A stretch of DNA of 64,000 nucleotides, taken from Octopus vulgaris (taxonomy: Eukaryota). The stretch covers positions 32,054,001 to 32,118,000 of the forward strand of contig OX597827.1 of NCBI GenBank assembly GCA_951406725.2. The letters run 5' to 3'. A model generated the notes under the pieces. That model ran no database searches, was not told the DNA's origin, and saw nothing but the letters and a program-made list of their open reading frames with translations. Position numbers and translations under genes: made by a program. Shown here piece after piece: positions 18,605-32,956 of the stretch (within the stretch, counting starts at the first letter, position 1; each line of letters opens with the position of its first letter).

Positions 18605-18800
18605 CTGTTGGATGGCTGTTGACTCTACCGAGTTCACCCATCCTTTGACAGGATTTGTTTTTCATCGTGTAGGGTGTCCAACGAAGACCACCCTCCTTAC
18701 TAAATACGCTTAGTTGAGTCGTCAGTTTAGTCACCGACAGCCGACCATGCAACAGGTTGCTCTGGATTACATGTTACCAGAGGCACTTTGAGTGACCTCA
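18605..18800 (-). mobile_element. Diverged solo fragment of an RTE 5' UTR
   Basis: Aligns by eye with 56210-56405; the two share CCGACCATGCAACAGGTTG..CTGG.TTACATGTTACCAG and GGATGGC.GTTGACTCT. Confidence 0.65.
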
Positions 18801-19343
18801 CATGATGAACATATGGCAGGTCACGCTGTATGTATGATGGGTGGATGGATGAATGGATGAATGGATGGGTGGATAGAAGAATGGATGGATGCGTGGCTGG
18901 AGAGATGGATGGATATATACATACTACATTCATACGTACTTACATATATATATACGTATACACTTTATTTTTTATAGGTATTGATAATCATTTTTTGCAG
19001 GTGCATATGTGTGTGTGTCTGTGTGTGTGTGCGCGTGCGTGTGTGTGGAGACAGAGATATAGAGAGAGAAAGATAAATACGCATATACACAGAGATAAAC
19101 ATACATTTCTATTTATTTCAGTATATGTTCACGTGAGATATGCATTTATATATTAATATTTATGTGAGCGTGTGTGCGTGACTCTGTAGAAATATTTGCG
19201 TACCGCCATTCAGCTGAATTCAACAGATATGTACCACACAGCAATATTTGATAACACCAACAGAAAGTCAAAGTTACATATCCTGTAGAACTCTTATCCC
19301 AGGGGAGACTATCCAGGCCATCATTATCGTAACGAAAACGTCA

Positions 19344-19483
19344 TGTTCAAATTCCGCCGAGGTCGACTTTACCTTTCATCCTTTCGGGGTCGATGAATTA
19401 AGTACCAGTTGCGTACTGGGGTTGATCTAATCGACTGGCCCCCTCCCCAAAAAATTTTGGGCATTGTGCCTAGAGTAGAAAAG
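19344..19483 (+). mobile_element. 5'-truncated family-A SINE with 13-bp TSD
   Basis: AACGAAAACGTCA occurs at 19331-19343 and at 19484-19496. Confidence 0.85.
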
Positions 19484-19764
19484 AACGAAAACGTCAATGT
19501 TTTGTGAAAAACACAACCAATATAACTAATAAAAATTCCAACACTACCAACATTTTCAGTTAGACGCCCCGGCTCCTTATGTCTTTCTGATTGTTGTTAT
19601 AATACCCCGTAGGTAAAAATCTTGGCCCCCATCCAAGACAAAGCCCTACAGTCAGTTAGAAACGACCAAGATATTATCAGAACTTGTATCGCTCTGACAC
19701 TGACTTTGATGATGGACTCGCTTTCATAGCGTCAAGTGTTAGTTTTTTTTGTTTTTTATTTGTC

Positions 19765-20080
19765 TGGCACTCCGTCGGTTATGACGACGGGTATTCCAGT
19801 TGATCCAATCAACGGAACAGCCTTCTCGTGAAACTGACGTTTAAGTGGCTGAGCATTCCGCAAACACGTTCACCCTTAGCGTAATCCTCAAGGAAATTCA
19901 ACGTGATAAAGAATGCAACAAGATTGGCTATTTGAAATACAGGTCCAACTCATTTTTGCCAGCTGAGTGGTCTGGAGCCACGCTCATGGACACAGCGACA
20001 CAAGGGCACAACGTGCCACCAGGAATCAAACTCACGACGTTACGAGTGTGAACCGGATACCTTAACCACAAACTCACGTG
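19765..20080 (-). mobile_element. Family-C SINE
   Basis: Homologous to 1415-1702 and to the reverse complement of 38295-38600. Confidence 0.7.
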
Positions 20081-20830
20081 TCTTTATAGCATCAAAGTGT
20101 AATATGGAAGACTTGTCACAATCTCTATCCTTGGGAATATTGCAGCAAAGGTCAGTTTGTATCTCAATGCAGTAAAAGCTGAGTATGGCCATCGATAATG
20201 CTGAGTGTTCCAAAGAAGGCTCATAACTCAAGTAAGTTAGTGACTAACTTATCTTGAGTCCTGTGTTTTTGACAAGAAAATTTTCCTCACACGCAAGGGA
20301 TAAGGGTTGAATTGCTTGTCACAAGCTTTAAAACATCAGTTAAGTATTCCTAAGTAAACAAGGTTGACTTTCACAGGGCTTGTTTGGAGAGCATTTTTTT
20401 CTCTACAAAACAGAAATTTGGACCATGAAGGTGTCTCAAGACATCTTTGAAGCTATGCACAGCAGACTTCTTATCAGGCTCAAAAAAATTTCATGGTTTC
20501 AGTATAAGGTCAAAGAAAAGATTTGCGAAGGTATCCAACTCTATCATTGTTGATCTACTGAGGGCAAGCTTTCCTTGACACTATCAAGCTGGCCATCAGG
20601 CCATAGCAGATATATTTTGCCTACTTTCGTGCCCTGAAAATGGACGAAGACTGCCCAAATACATTGGTGTTATTGGAACAGACACAACAGGACAATAAGA
20701 ATCTACCAAAGCTAAGTGGGAGAAGTAGGAGTTAATCTTGGTGCAGAGTGGTAACACGAATCTTGTTTGAGGTTGCTTGATTATGTACTTGTATGTGTGT
20801 GCATGATACACAAACACGCACACACACACA

Positions 20831-20871
<41 letters not shown>

Positions 20872-21231
20872 ACAAACACACGTATGCACACACATATAGA
20901 ATTATCAGAGGGTATAATTGGTTTCGCACCTATAAAGCACTTAGCTGTCTAGCCGACCCGTTAGACTCACTCCAGTTGTAGAGAGGTTGTGTGCCTCTGG
21001 CCATTTGAGTCAGACAAATTGCCTACACAGCTAAGTGTTTTATATGTACAAAACCAATGGTCATCACAATCAGCCTTTTAAAAACATATTACTGCTCTAA
21101 TGTTCAAGAGTCTACTTCATTTGCGATTATCTAAACTACTGACGATATATATACATGCATGCATACATACATACATACATACACACATACACACACACAC
21201 ACATATATATATAGAGAGAGACACACAGATA

Positions 21232-21281
<50 letters not shown>

Positions 21282-21300
21282 TAGATAGATAGATAGAGAG

Positions 21301-21382
<82 letters not shown>

Positions 21383-21399
21383 AGTGATAGGTATATATA

Positions 21400-21775
21400 T
21401 TCTTTTATTATTTTATTTGTTTCAGTCATTTTAGGCCATACTGGAGCACCGCCTTTAGTTGAACAAAATGAACACGGGACTTATTCTTTGTAAGCCTAGT
21501 ACTTATTCTATCGGTCTCTTTTGCCGAACCGCTAGTTTACGGGGATGCAAACACACTAGTATCGGTTGTCAAGTGATGGTGAGGGTACAAAGACAAACAC
21601 ACAAACATATACATATATATACGATGGGCTTCTTTCAGTTTCCGTCTACCAAATTCACTGACAAGGCTTTGGTCGGCCCGAGCCTATAGTAGAAAACACC
21701 TGTTCAAGGTGCCACGCAGTGTGACTGAACCCGGAACGATGTGGCTGGTAAACAAGTTACTTAAGACATAGCCAT
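21400..21775 (-). mobile_element. Family-B SINE
   Basis: Reverse complement of the family-B head and tail. Confidence 0.8.
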
Positions 21776-21803
21776 ATTATTTATATGCATATATTATGTG
21801 TGC

Positions 21804-21857
<54 letters not shown>

Positions 21858-21860
21858 ATA

Positions 21861-21906
<46 letters not shown>

Positions 21907-22089
21907 TATATATGTATGTATGTATGTATGTGTATATATATATATATATATATATAAGTGTATGTGTGTGTGTGTATTTGTGTGCATGAATGTGCATGTA
22001 TATAGCGTAGAACTTCACTTGTAACAGACCCGTAAGGGTGCCGCCGTGACACACGGCGTGTCTTGCGCTTTTCAAACATCTAGCTAGCC

Positions 22090-22385
<296 letters not shown>

Positions 22386-23441
22386 CATTCTCATTCTTTC
22401 TCTGTCCTGTGTGTATGTGCGTGTGAGTGTGTATATGTATGTTTGCATGTATGTATGTATATATATATATATATATATACATAGAGAGAGAGAGAGAGGG
22501 GGGTAGAGAGGAGAGAGAATTTGTATGTATATATTTATGTATGTATATATAGAGCCCTGTATATATGTATATGTGATTGTGTGTTAGTGTGTGCGCGTAC
22601 AGGCGAAGTGTTATTGTGGGTTGTGGCGTGGATGCATCATATGACGGTGCCGAGGTTTGCTTCGGTGTGGAGGTATGTTGCATAAGTTTGTAGCGCTACC
22701 AGGTATTGTGTCTCTATCAGCACGTATGTGACGTCACGTCTGTCTGTACAGGCAGTCGTGTCAGTGGCGTGTGCACCTATTGCAAACGGCATGCAGCTAG
22801 AGAGGTCCGTCTGCACAGCAGAAACCAGCAAGCCTCGTGTACGGACGTGGTACACATGTCTGTCTTATGTATTTGTCGAGTTCAGCAAAATACGCATAGG
22901 TAAACCTTTCTAAAAGGTACACACACACACGCACACATACTCACGCTCATACACACAGACACTCACACGCATGCACGCACAAACACATTCGCACACACAC
23001 ACAAAACACTATTACAGACACACACACTCACACACACACGCACACACACTATCACAGACACATACACACACACACACACACACTCATACACACGCTCACA
23101 CACTTACACACTCATACACACACGCACTCACACACACATTCACTATCTATATGTGTGGATCCGTGGATCCATATGTATGTCCTTGTGTGGAGTAAAGTGT
23201 GTGCGCATATATGGTCATGTGTTTTAGTCTCCATTTGCGTATGTGTGCTTGTCTGTTCTTATAACCTATGTACCTATCCGTTTGTATGTTGATCTGCTTA
23301 TTTTCATACCTATATGCTTACATAAAAAACCATGTGCATACACACACACACATACATAGTTACCTACATAAATCTACATAACTATCCACTAACCATTCTA
23401 CTCTACCTGTGTAAACTGTGGATATGGAGGTATTGTATCTT

Positions 23442-23990
23442 CTATGTATATTTCCTATTTAGTATTGGGGAAGTTTCATTTATAAGGACGTACTCCCGTA
23501 TTTGTCTGAGTGTTGGGTATTTTGGGTGCTTGGATAAGATGCGGATGTGAAGTTGACCCAAGTTGCCTCCATGGTGGTCTTTGGCATGTTGGTAGAGTAT
23601 GGAGGACTGTTTTTTGTCGTCATATTGTCTCAGATGTTCATTTAGTCTTTCCGCAATGCTCCCATATGTCTCCCCTAGGTACATCATGTTCATGTCTTTA
23701 CAGGCACCTTCTATACATCTTATGCTGTAAACTACATTTCGAGTTCTACAGTTAATGCCAGGGATAATCCTACATACCATGCAGTTATCATTGGTGCATA
23801 TGGTATTCTCAAAGTGGTACGTCCTACATAGTTGTGATCTGACGGAGTTCCCTGGCTTTTCAACAAACTTAATGTTGAGTTTGGTCTCCTTCAGAGCTTT
23901 TCTAAATCTACGGGTTAGTTCTCCATGGGCTGTGGCCTCTACAAACATCACTCCTTGATATTTATTGGTTTTATACCACGTGTTTGCCCT
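23442..23990 (-). mobile_element. PLE remnant: Cys-rich linker and GIY-YIG endonuclease (a different lineage from 9433-11625)
   Basis: 169-aa ORF with CTNDNCMVC, NVVYSIRC...YLGETYGSIAERLNEH, LYQHAKDHH and RQIREYVLINETSPILN. Confidence 0.85.
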
Positions 23991-25260
23991 GCTTGCTTCG
24001 ACCGCGAGTCCGATGCTCTAACCACTTGGCCGTGTGCCTCCACTTCTTTTGATATAGTTCTCTGTTTTTATTGTCGATTTCTCTCTTCTTCTCTATGAAA
24101 ATCATCAAATATTTTTCTATTTCATTCTGCGTATCTTAGGTGCGTGCAGCATTTTGCTTCTATGTTGCGTTTTCTACTGTATTCAGCGTACCCTTTCTGT
24201 ACGGGGTATAGTCATTATATTATCCGTATGTTATCAATATGTAATTGTCATGATGTTTTTATTATATATTTCTCCCTATTTTTAAACCATTGTCAAGACA
24301 TCAATTATTACAGACAAGGTTTCTATTTTTAATCCTTGTTATCTCTATTTCTTTATCTATAAATCTGAAAGATCTCAAAACAGACCTTTCTATTTCCACA
24401 CCTTCATACAGTAATAATTTCACCAAATATTTTTAAAGATTAATTATCGTCTGACAAATTGCGATTAATACTTCGAACAGATGTATCAGAGACCAGATTA
24501 AAATCCATGCATCACTGCAATACAATATTTACAACTCACCAAAGTGCTTGACCAGGATTTAGTGTTTACAACAAGACATCGCTAAAACTGTAGCATCAAA
24601 TTATAAATGAATTCATCGAAAAAAAAAACTTTCAACATAAAATATGAGACATATAACCCACACATTCGAGATTTGCGTGTATGCGCGCACATATATGTGT
24701 GTATATACGCTGCGTTCTGTATGTATATTTGCCTGTTAGAACCAATGTATTACTTGGAATATCTAATGGGTTTCAAATAATTTCTTTTTAGAAATAATGG
24801 AGAAAGTGGCGTTGAGATGAAGTTATTGATTGAAAAAATATTTGTACACACCTACGCATGCGTTATGTATATGCCTACCTCTCTAACTTTCTCTCCCCCC
24901 CTCTCTCTCTCTCTCACTCTCTCTGTTTCTGTCTCTCTCCCTCTCTCTCCTTCTCCCTCGCGCTCTTTCTCTCTCCCTCTCTCTTACATATATAAGTATA
25001 TACAAATATACTCATATACATACACTCACACATATATACATACATACATGCATACATGCATACATACATACATACCTGCACATACATACACACATATACA
25101 CACGCACACATACATGCACACATACATACATGCATATGTACGTACGTACGTTTGTATAGCGACCACAACTGGTCCAACACCCCAGAAATATAATGGTTTA
25201 TATCACTTAACTATTCCTACTTAAAATACTTCATTAATATAACTATATTTGCGTCTGTGT

Positions 25261-25360
<100 letters not shown>

Positions 25361-25362
25361 AT

Positions 25363-25405
<43 letters not shown>

Positions 25406-25613
25406 GAGAGATACACAGACAGACATGCATACACTCACACACACACACATGTATATATACACTTCGTTTTCGTATCTAATTTATAAGATTCTTGATGTGA
25501 ATTCGTGTGATGAAAAAAAGCTTGTGTCTTGGGAGGATCATTACGTCAATAATAATAATAAACACAATCGCCACATGTTTTTATTAGTGGCTTAATGATC
25601 CGCCCAACACACA

Positions 25614-25656
<43 letters not shown>

Positions 25657-26307
25657 CACATATGTATAGATAAGCAATTATACACATATATTCGTGCAAT
25701 TACATATATAAGTAAGAGCTTATATACGTGTCTTGTATGTATATATACGTGTCTTGTATGTATACATACATACATACATACATACATACATACATACATA
25801 CATACATACATACATACATACATACATACATACATGCATACATAAGTGTGGGGGATTGGGGTGCAGAATTATACTTCATGCGTTGGTGTACATTCGGACA
25901 TGTAAAGATCTTTGCTGCAGAAACTGCCTCGAGAGACAAAACACTTCTTATTGACAATAATATCTGGAAACACATCGCTGGGCTATGAGTGAAGTGGTCG
26001 GACAGAGGGATCGACGCGTTTGTATGTCGTTAGGATCCATCAGCCACCGAACATCGTTCATAGCTCAGCGAGTGTTTTTTAGTAAGATTCGAACGATGGA
26101 TTCGGCATCCATAACTGAAAAAAATAAGCATTAGGTTTGATTTGTTCGACTGGGGATGATTTGTTCAAGGTGATTGAATCATATAAAAGACAAAAGAACT
26201 TGTATGAGGGTGAAATGTATGGATACCTATCTCTTATCTTTTATTTAATGCCGTTATTGGAGTGGTGGTCATGTTGGGACGCAACCTTGAACGGTTTAAC
26301 CGAATAA

Positions 26308-26537
26308 GGCGACGAGCTGGCAGAAACGTTAGCACGCCGGGCAAAATGCTTTGCGGTATTTCGTCTGCGTTACGTTGTGAGTTCAAATTCCGCCGAGGTC
26401 GACTTTGCCTTTCATCCTTTCGGGGTCGATAAATTAAGTACCAGTTACGCACTGGGGTCGATGTAATCGACTTAATACCTATGTCTGTCCTTGTTTGTCC
26501 CCTCTGTGTTTAGCCCCTTGTGGGTAATAAAGAAATA
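26308..26537 (+). mobile_element. Young family-A SINE monomer with 15-bp TSD
   Basis: GGTTTAACCGAATAA occurs at 26293-26307 and at 26538-26552. The head and core are intact. Confidence 0.9.
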
Positions 26538-27084
26538 GGTTTAACCGAATAAATAGGCTCCAGTAGTTATTTAAAACCTGGTATTTATTTCTTCGGTGTC
26601 TTTTGCCGAGTTGTTAAATTACGAGGACATAAACAAACACACAAACACTCACACATACGTATGTATGTATTACGTATGTATGTATGTATGTATGTATGTA
26701 TGTATGTATGTATGTATGTATGTATGTATTATGTATGTATGTATGTATGTATATACAAACATATATAGTTCAAATTTATAGAAAAACAAAAACGAAGACA
26801 GGTGTGGGAACAACAAGCAGGTGTATTAGTTTAACGCTCTTCGACAGAAAGGGTTAGGAAAAAAAGAGAGAGAATGAAAAAAAGCGGAGAGAAAAAAATG
26901 TGTAGAGTTCAGCGGTCCAACATGGCGAGATATATACGACAGGCTTGTTTGAACTTTCCACTACCAACACAACTTGCAAGGACTGAACCCAAGACTATGT
27001 TGTTGAGAAGCAATCTAAATAACCTTATAGCAATGGTAACAAAACCCAACATTAATTTAACTTTAAAAAAAATTCTCGAAAATC

Positions 27085-27420
27085 AATGGACGTTTGTGTC
27101 AGTATTTAGTCGGCCCTTCTTCGGCTAAGAGGCTTTCAGCCGATGAGTCATGGATTTGATTAAATTATCGATGAAAAACTGATCCATGTTTATCCACTCT
27201 ACGGTCAAGAGCTTGTTTCAAATTTGTAATTAATGTACTTTTCGACCAACTTGTTCGTGACATTCTATCGAGATGGTTTCATATATGTTGCTACGGATTA
27301 AAATCGGAATTTTGAGCAACACATTTCAAAGATTCGATACTTCTGTGAATTCTTTTTCATACAAGGGAAACCGTGCTTGACTTCCATTCCCATGCAAAAA
27401 GATTGATCTACTTTTCAATT
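27085..27420 (-). pseudogene. Tc1-type transposase C-terminal remnant
   Basis: The minus strand gives AQNSDFNP*QHI*NHLDR (compare SPDLNPIEHIWD) and EWINMDQFFIDNLIKSMTHRLKA...KKGR. Confidence 0.6.
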
Positions 27421-27444
27421 GGAAAACATGGGTAAAACTCCTTT

Positions 27445-27643
27445 CAAGTACCATATTATCCGGCGTACAAGTCAAGATTTACACCCAAAACAAAGTAGAT
27501 TGACATATACTCCTAGACTCTGGAGGACCAAAACTTTTAAGTGAAGCGCAGCAGGATTTGTAAAGATAGTGACGACACTTGCATGTTTAAACTATAGATT
27601 TATACCATATAGTACACCGTCATATATGCCAGAGGATACAGTA
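27445..27643. mobile_element. Possible pogo/Tigger-like MITE
   Basis: Degenerate inverted ends TACCATATTATCCGGCGTACA and TATATGCCAGAGGATACAGTA. Confidence 0.3.
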
Positions 27644-27799
27644 ATTGACAGTAATTAATATTATTTAAATGACTTTGAAGAAAAGATGAGCTCCGATATG
27701 CCTATTGCCGAAAATGCACCTCTTTGCTAATCACTCAACTTTCTCCATAATTGACTGTTCCTTGTAAACAATTCGGCTTCCATTCTTCACTTTTTCTGC

Positions 27800-27917
<118 letters not shown>

Positions 27918-28206
27918 CATTTGATCACTATAAAGGCGCATACCTTAGTGGTTAGGGTGATGCACATACGTCAACGACGGGAGAGTCCATTATATGTTTA
28001 TATATATATATATATATATATATAGCAATGGTAACAAAATAGATCGTTAGCCACTACACACATTTTTTTTTCTCTCCTTGTTTTTTCTGTGTCCCTTTTT
28101 CTATTCCTGAGCGTTATACTAATACATCTATTTGTTTTGTACACCACCTGTCTTCGTCTTTTGTTTTTTTCGTAAACTCTCCCTATGTATATATATATAT
28201 ATATAT

Positions 28207-28670
28207 AAAATTTAGATAAACTTAGATATGTTTCGACCAAAGATTGGTCCAAGCCATGTCTAACTTAATAGCACCACCTGATAGGATTATCTGAATCCTG
28301 TTTAAGTCAAGTTTTGTTTATGGTCCATTCAAGTAGTGAGTTTTTGTTGGGTGAGTTGCATCCAATTATGGGTGGCTTATCTGGTATTCCTTGAAGGAAT
28401 CTATCCAGACTCCGTTTAAAGTTGATGGGATCCTTTTCCTCTTTGATCTCTTTCGGGACAATGTTAAATAGGGCAGGGCATGTTGAGGAAAAGAAATTAT
28501 GTTGCAGTGTACATGTATGCTGTGATCTTGAAATGGCCCGTGGTCCCAGTCTTGGATGAACCTTGAAGCTAATGTTCAGGTCGTTTGGGCAAAGTTGGTG
28601 GTATATTCTCCACATCGTACAAATGATGTACCGCTCACGGCGACGCTGGAGAGAGTAGAGTTTCAAGGCT
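28207..28670 (-). mobile_element. CR1/L2-group LINE 3' end (RT C-terminus and 3' UTR)
   Basis: KALKLYSLQRRRERYII...PALFNIVPKEIK...FKRSLDRFLQGIPDKP...NKNSLLEW. The first residues of ORF 28307-28717 come from the adjacent foldback element. Confidence 0.75.
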
Positions 28671-28674
28671 TTAA

Positions 28675-28772
28675 AGGGGTGGTGGTGGGGGACTTTTTGG
28701 GGGTAGGCATAGCGCAAAATATCATACTGGGGGAGTGGTCAAGGAGTCAGTGTTAAATTAGATAAAAGAATA

Positions 28773-28814
<42 letters not shown>

Positions 28815-29226
28815 AAAATTTAAAAAATATATAAAAAAAGAATAGAGTTTTAGGTAAATAAGGAGATTCTCACTTATACCTATGCACATATGTATACATA
28901 TATACACACACATACAAACATATATACATATACATACACACATACATACACACACACACACATATACATATATATACACTTACACATACATATACATATC
29001 TACACATACACATATATGTATACATACACACACTCACATGCATACACGTATACACACATGTATATATACACACACGACCACATACATATACACACAGAAA
29101 AATATATATACACATACACACACATACACACATACACGCATACCCACACACACACATGCACACACAGCACACTAGTCCCTATATACACATATATACACAT
29201 ACACACATACATACACACACATACAT

Positions 29227-29278
<52 letters not shown>

Positions 29279-29680
29279 GTGTACCTATACATACCTACAC
29301 ATACACACATATATATACATACAAATACAGACCCATTCCCTAATTTTAATTTTATCATCTCCATTTATTACTTTTGTTATCTTTGACCGCTGGTCACAAA
29401 CATCTTGGCTATGACAGCCATTCCATTTATCTGTCTACTTGAAAACAAGCACTCATTCACTCACGCACACTCTTTAGCACGTACACTCACTCATTCGTAC
29501 ACTCATACACATACACGCACGCACGCGTTATATTCATACATACATACATCTACATACATTCACGTATATACACATACGTACGCGTACCTACAGATTCATG
29601 TCTACACTCTTAGAAGGCTAGTCTATACATATACACCAATAAATATAAATACACACACATACATATACACCTACATACAA

Positions 29681-29729
<49 letters not shown>

Positions 29730-29980
29730 TATATATACATATACATATACATACATATATATACACACACATATATGTACATATATATACACACATACAC
29801 ATACATACATATACACACATACACAAACATACGTATACATACATACATACATCCATACATCCATACATACATACATTTATACACATACACACACCCACAC
29901 ATATACATACATATATATACGCGCATGCATACACATACAAATACATACACATACGCATATACATATACATACATACACAT

Positions 29981-30031
<51 letters not shown>

Positions 30032-30665
30032 CACACACATACATATACATACATACATATACAAATATACGCACACACATACATACTCATATACACATAC
30101 ACGCACATACACATGTACATGCGTACCCATACACACACACACACGCGCGCATCCATATATACACATAAGTACACTCATGTGTAAAAGTATACATATATCT
30201 ATGCTTACACATACACACACACACACGCGCCTCCTTATATTCATACTTACATGCATACTCAAAAAATAAGTAAATAATAAAATATATATACGCGCAGTTA
30301 TTCATACATGCATACTCAAAAAGTAAATAATAAATATTAAGTATATGTACGTGCAGTTACCTATTATATAGACGGATACATACATATAAATTTACACACA
30401 CATATATATATATATACATATATACACACATACATACATATACATATATATATATATATACATACACATATATATACACATATATATATATACATACTTA
30501 CACACATGTACAAATACATACACACATAGATAACTCTACGTACCTACATATACATAAACACACGAGCGTACACGTATGTGTACATATACACACACACATA
30601 CACACACATATATATACACACATACATATACATACACACATATACATATATATATATATACACAT

Positions 30666-30724
<59 letters not shown>

Positions 30725-31157
30725 CATATACACACACATATACATGTGTGCAAACATACATACATACTCATACACGCACACACACTTACATATATATATA
30801 TACACACACTTACACACATATATACATACACATATACATACATACATACATACATATATGCATACATACACATATTCACACATACACATATATACATATA
30901 TACACATACATATACATTTACACATACATACATATATATACATACATATAAATATATGCACATATACACACATACACATACACACACATATATGCATATA
31001 CATACACATATATACCCACACGTACACATATACACATATATACATATATACATACATATACACACATATATATATATACATACATACACATACACATACC
31101 TATACATATATATACACACATATACACATGCACATACTTATATCTGTACATACCCGC

Positions 31158-31196
<39 letters not shown>

Positions 31197-31454
31197 TACA
31201 TACACCTATATACATGTGTATATACACACACATATATATACACATCTACAATTTGTATCTACACTCACATACATGCACATACACATAACTCTACATACCT
31301 ACATATACATCGACATACTCGCGTACACTCATATACATACACACATATATACACATATATATGTGTATATATATATATGTATGTGAGTGTAGATACAAAT
31401 TGTAGATGTGTATATATATGTGTGTGTATATACACATGTATATAGGTATATGTA

Positions 31455-31487
<33 letters not shown>

Positions 31488-31803
31488 GTATATGCGGGTA
31501 TGTAGAGATATAAGTATGTGCATGTGTATATGTGTGTATATATATGTATAGGTATGTGTATGTGTATGTATGTATATATATATGTGTGTGTGTGTATGTG
31601 TGTATATGTATGTATATATGTATATATGTGTATATGTGTACGTGTGGGTATGTATGTGTATGTATATGCATATATGTGTGTGTATGTGTATGTGTGTATA
31701 TGTGCATATATATATATGAATGTATATATATGTATGTATGTGTAAATGTATATGTATGTGTATATATGTATATATGTGTATGTGTGAATATGTGTATGTA
31801 TGC

Positions 31804-31836
<33 letters not shown>

Positions 31837-31954
31837 TGTATGTATATGTGTATGTATATATGTGTGTAAGTGTGTGTATATATGTATATGTAAGTGTGTG
31901 TGCGTGTATGAGTATGTATGTATGTTTGCACACATGTATATGTGTGTGTATATG

Positions 31955-31997
<43 letters not shown>

Positions 31998-32206
31998 GTG
32001 TGTATGTATATGTATTTGTGTATATATATGTGTGTGTATGTGTGTGTGTATATGTACACATACGTGTACGCTCGTGTGTTTATGTATATGTAGGTACGTA
32101 GAGTTATCTATGTGTGTATGTATTTGTACATGTGTGTAAGTATGTATATATATATATGTGTATATATGTGTGTGTGTATATATATATATATATATGTATA
32201 TGTGTA

Positions 32207-32247
<41 letters not shown>

Positions 32248-32613
32248 AAGTTTATATGTATGTATCCGTCTATATAATAGGTAACTGCACGTACATATAC
32301 TTAATATTTATTATTTACTTTTTGAGTATGCATGTATGAATAACTGCGCGTATATATATTTTATTATTTACTTATTTTTTGAGTATGCATGTAAGTATGA
32401 ATATAAGGAGGCGCGTGTGTGTGTGTGTATGTGTAAGCATAGATATATGTATACTTTTACACATGAGTGTACTTATGTGTATATATGGATGCGCGCGTGT
32501 GTGTGTGTGTATGGGTACGCATGTACATGTGTATGTGCGTGTATGTGTATATGAGTATGTATGTATGTGTGTGCGTATATTTGTATATGTATGTATGTAT
32601 ATGTATGTGTGTG

Positions 32614-32656
<43 letters not shown>

Positions 32657-32913
32657 ATGTGTATGTATGTATATGTATATGCGTATGTGTATGTATTTGT
32701 ATGTGTATGCATGCGCGTATATATATGTATGTATATGTATACGTGTGGGTGTGTGTATGTGTATAAATGTATGTATGTATGGATGTATGGATGTATGTAT
32801 GTATGTATACGTATGTTTGTGTATGTGTGTATATGTATGTATGTGTATGTGTGTATATATATGTACATATATGTGTGTGTATATATATGTATGTATATGT
32901 ATATGTATATATA

Positions 32914-32956
<43 letters not shown>

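Larger units (their letters stand above)
19230..20760 (+). pseudogene. Highly degraded RTE-X-like LINE RT/C-terminal remnant interrupted by two SINEs
   Basis: Fragments IPGETIQAII, APYVFLIVV, DTDFDDGLA, AAKVSLYLNAVKAEY, FHRACLESI..YKTEIWTMK and SRLLIRLKKISW appear in the expected order for an RTE-X RT. Confidence 0.55.

Noticed and set aside
28671-28680. piggyBac assignment for the TTAA-flanked foldback
   Set aside because: The termini begin AGGGG (purines), not the CCY typical of piggyBac.
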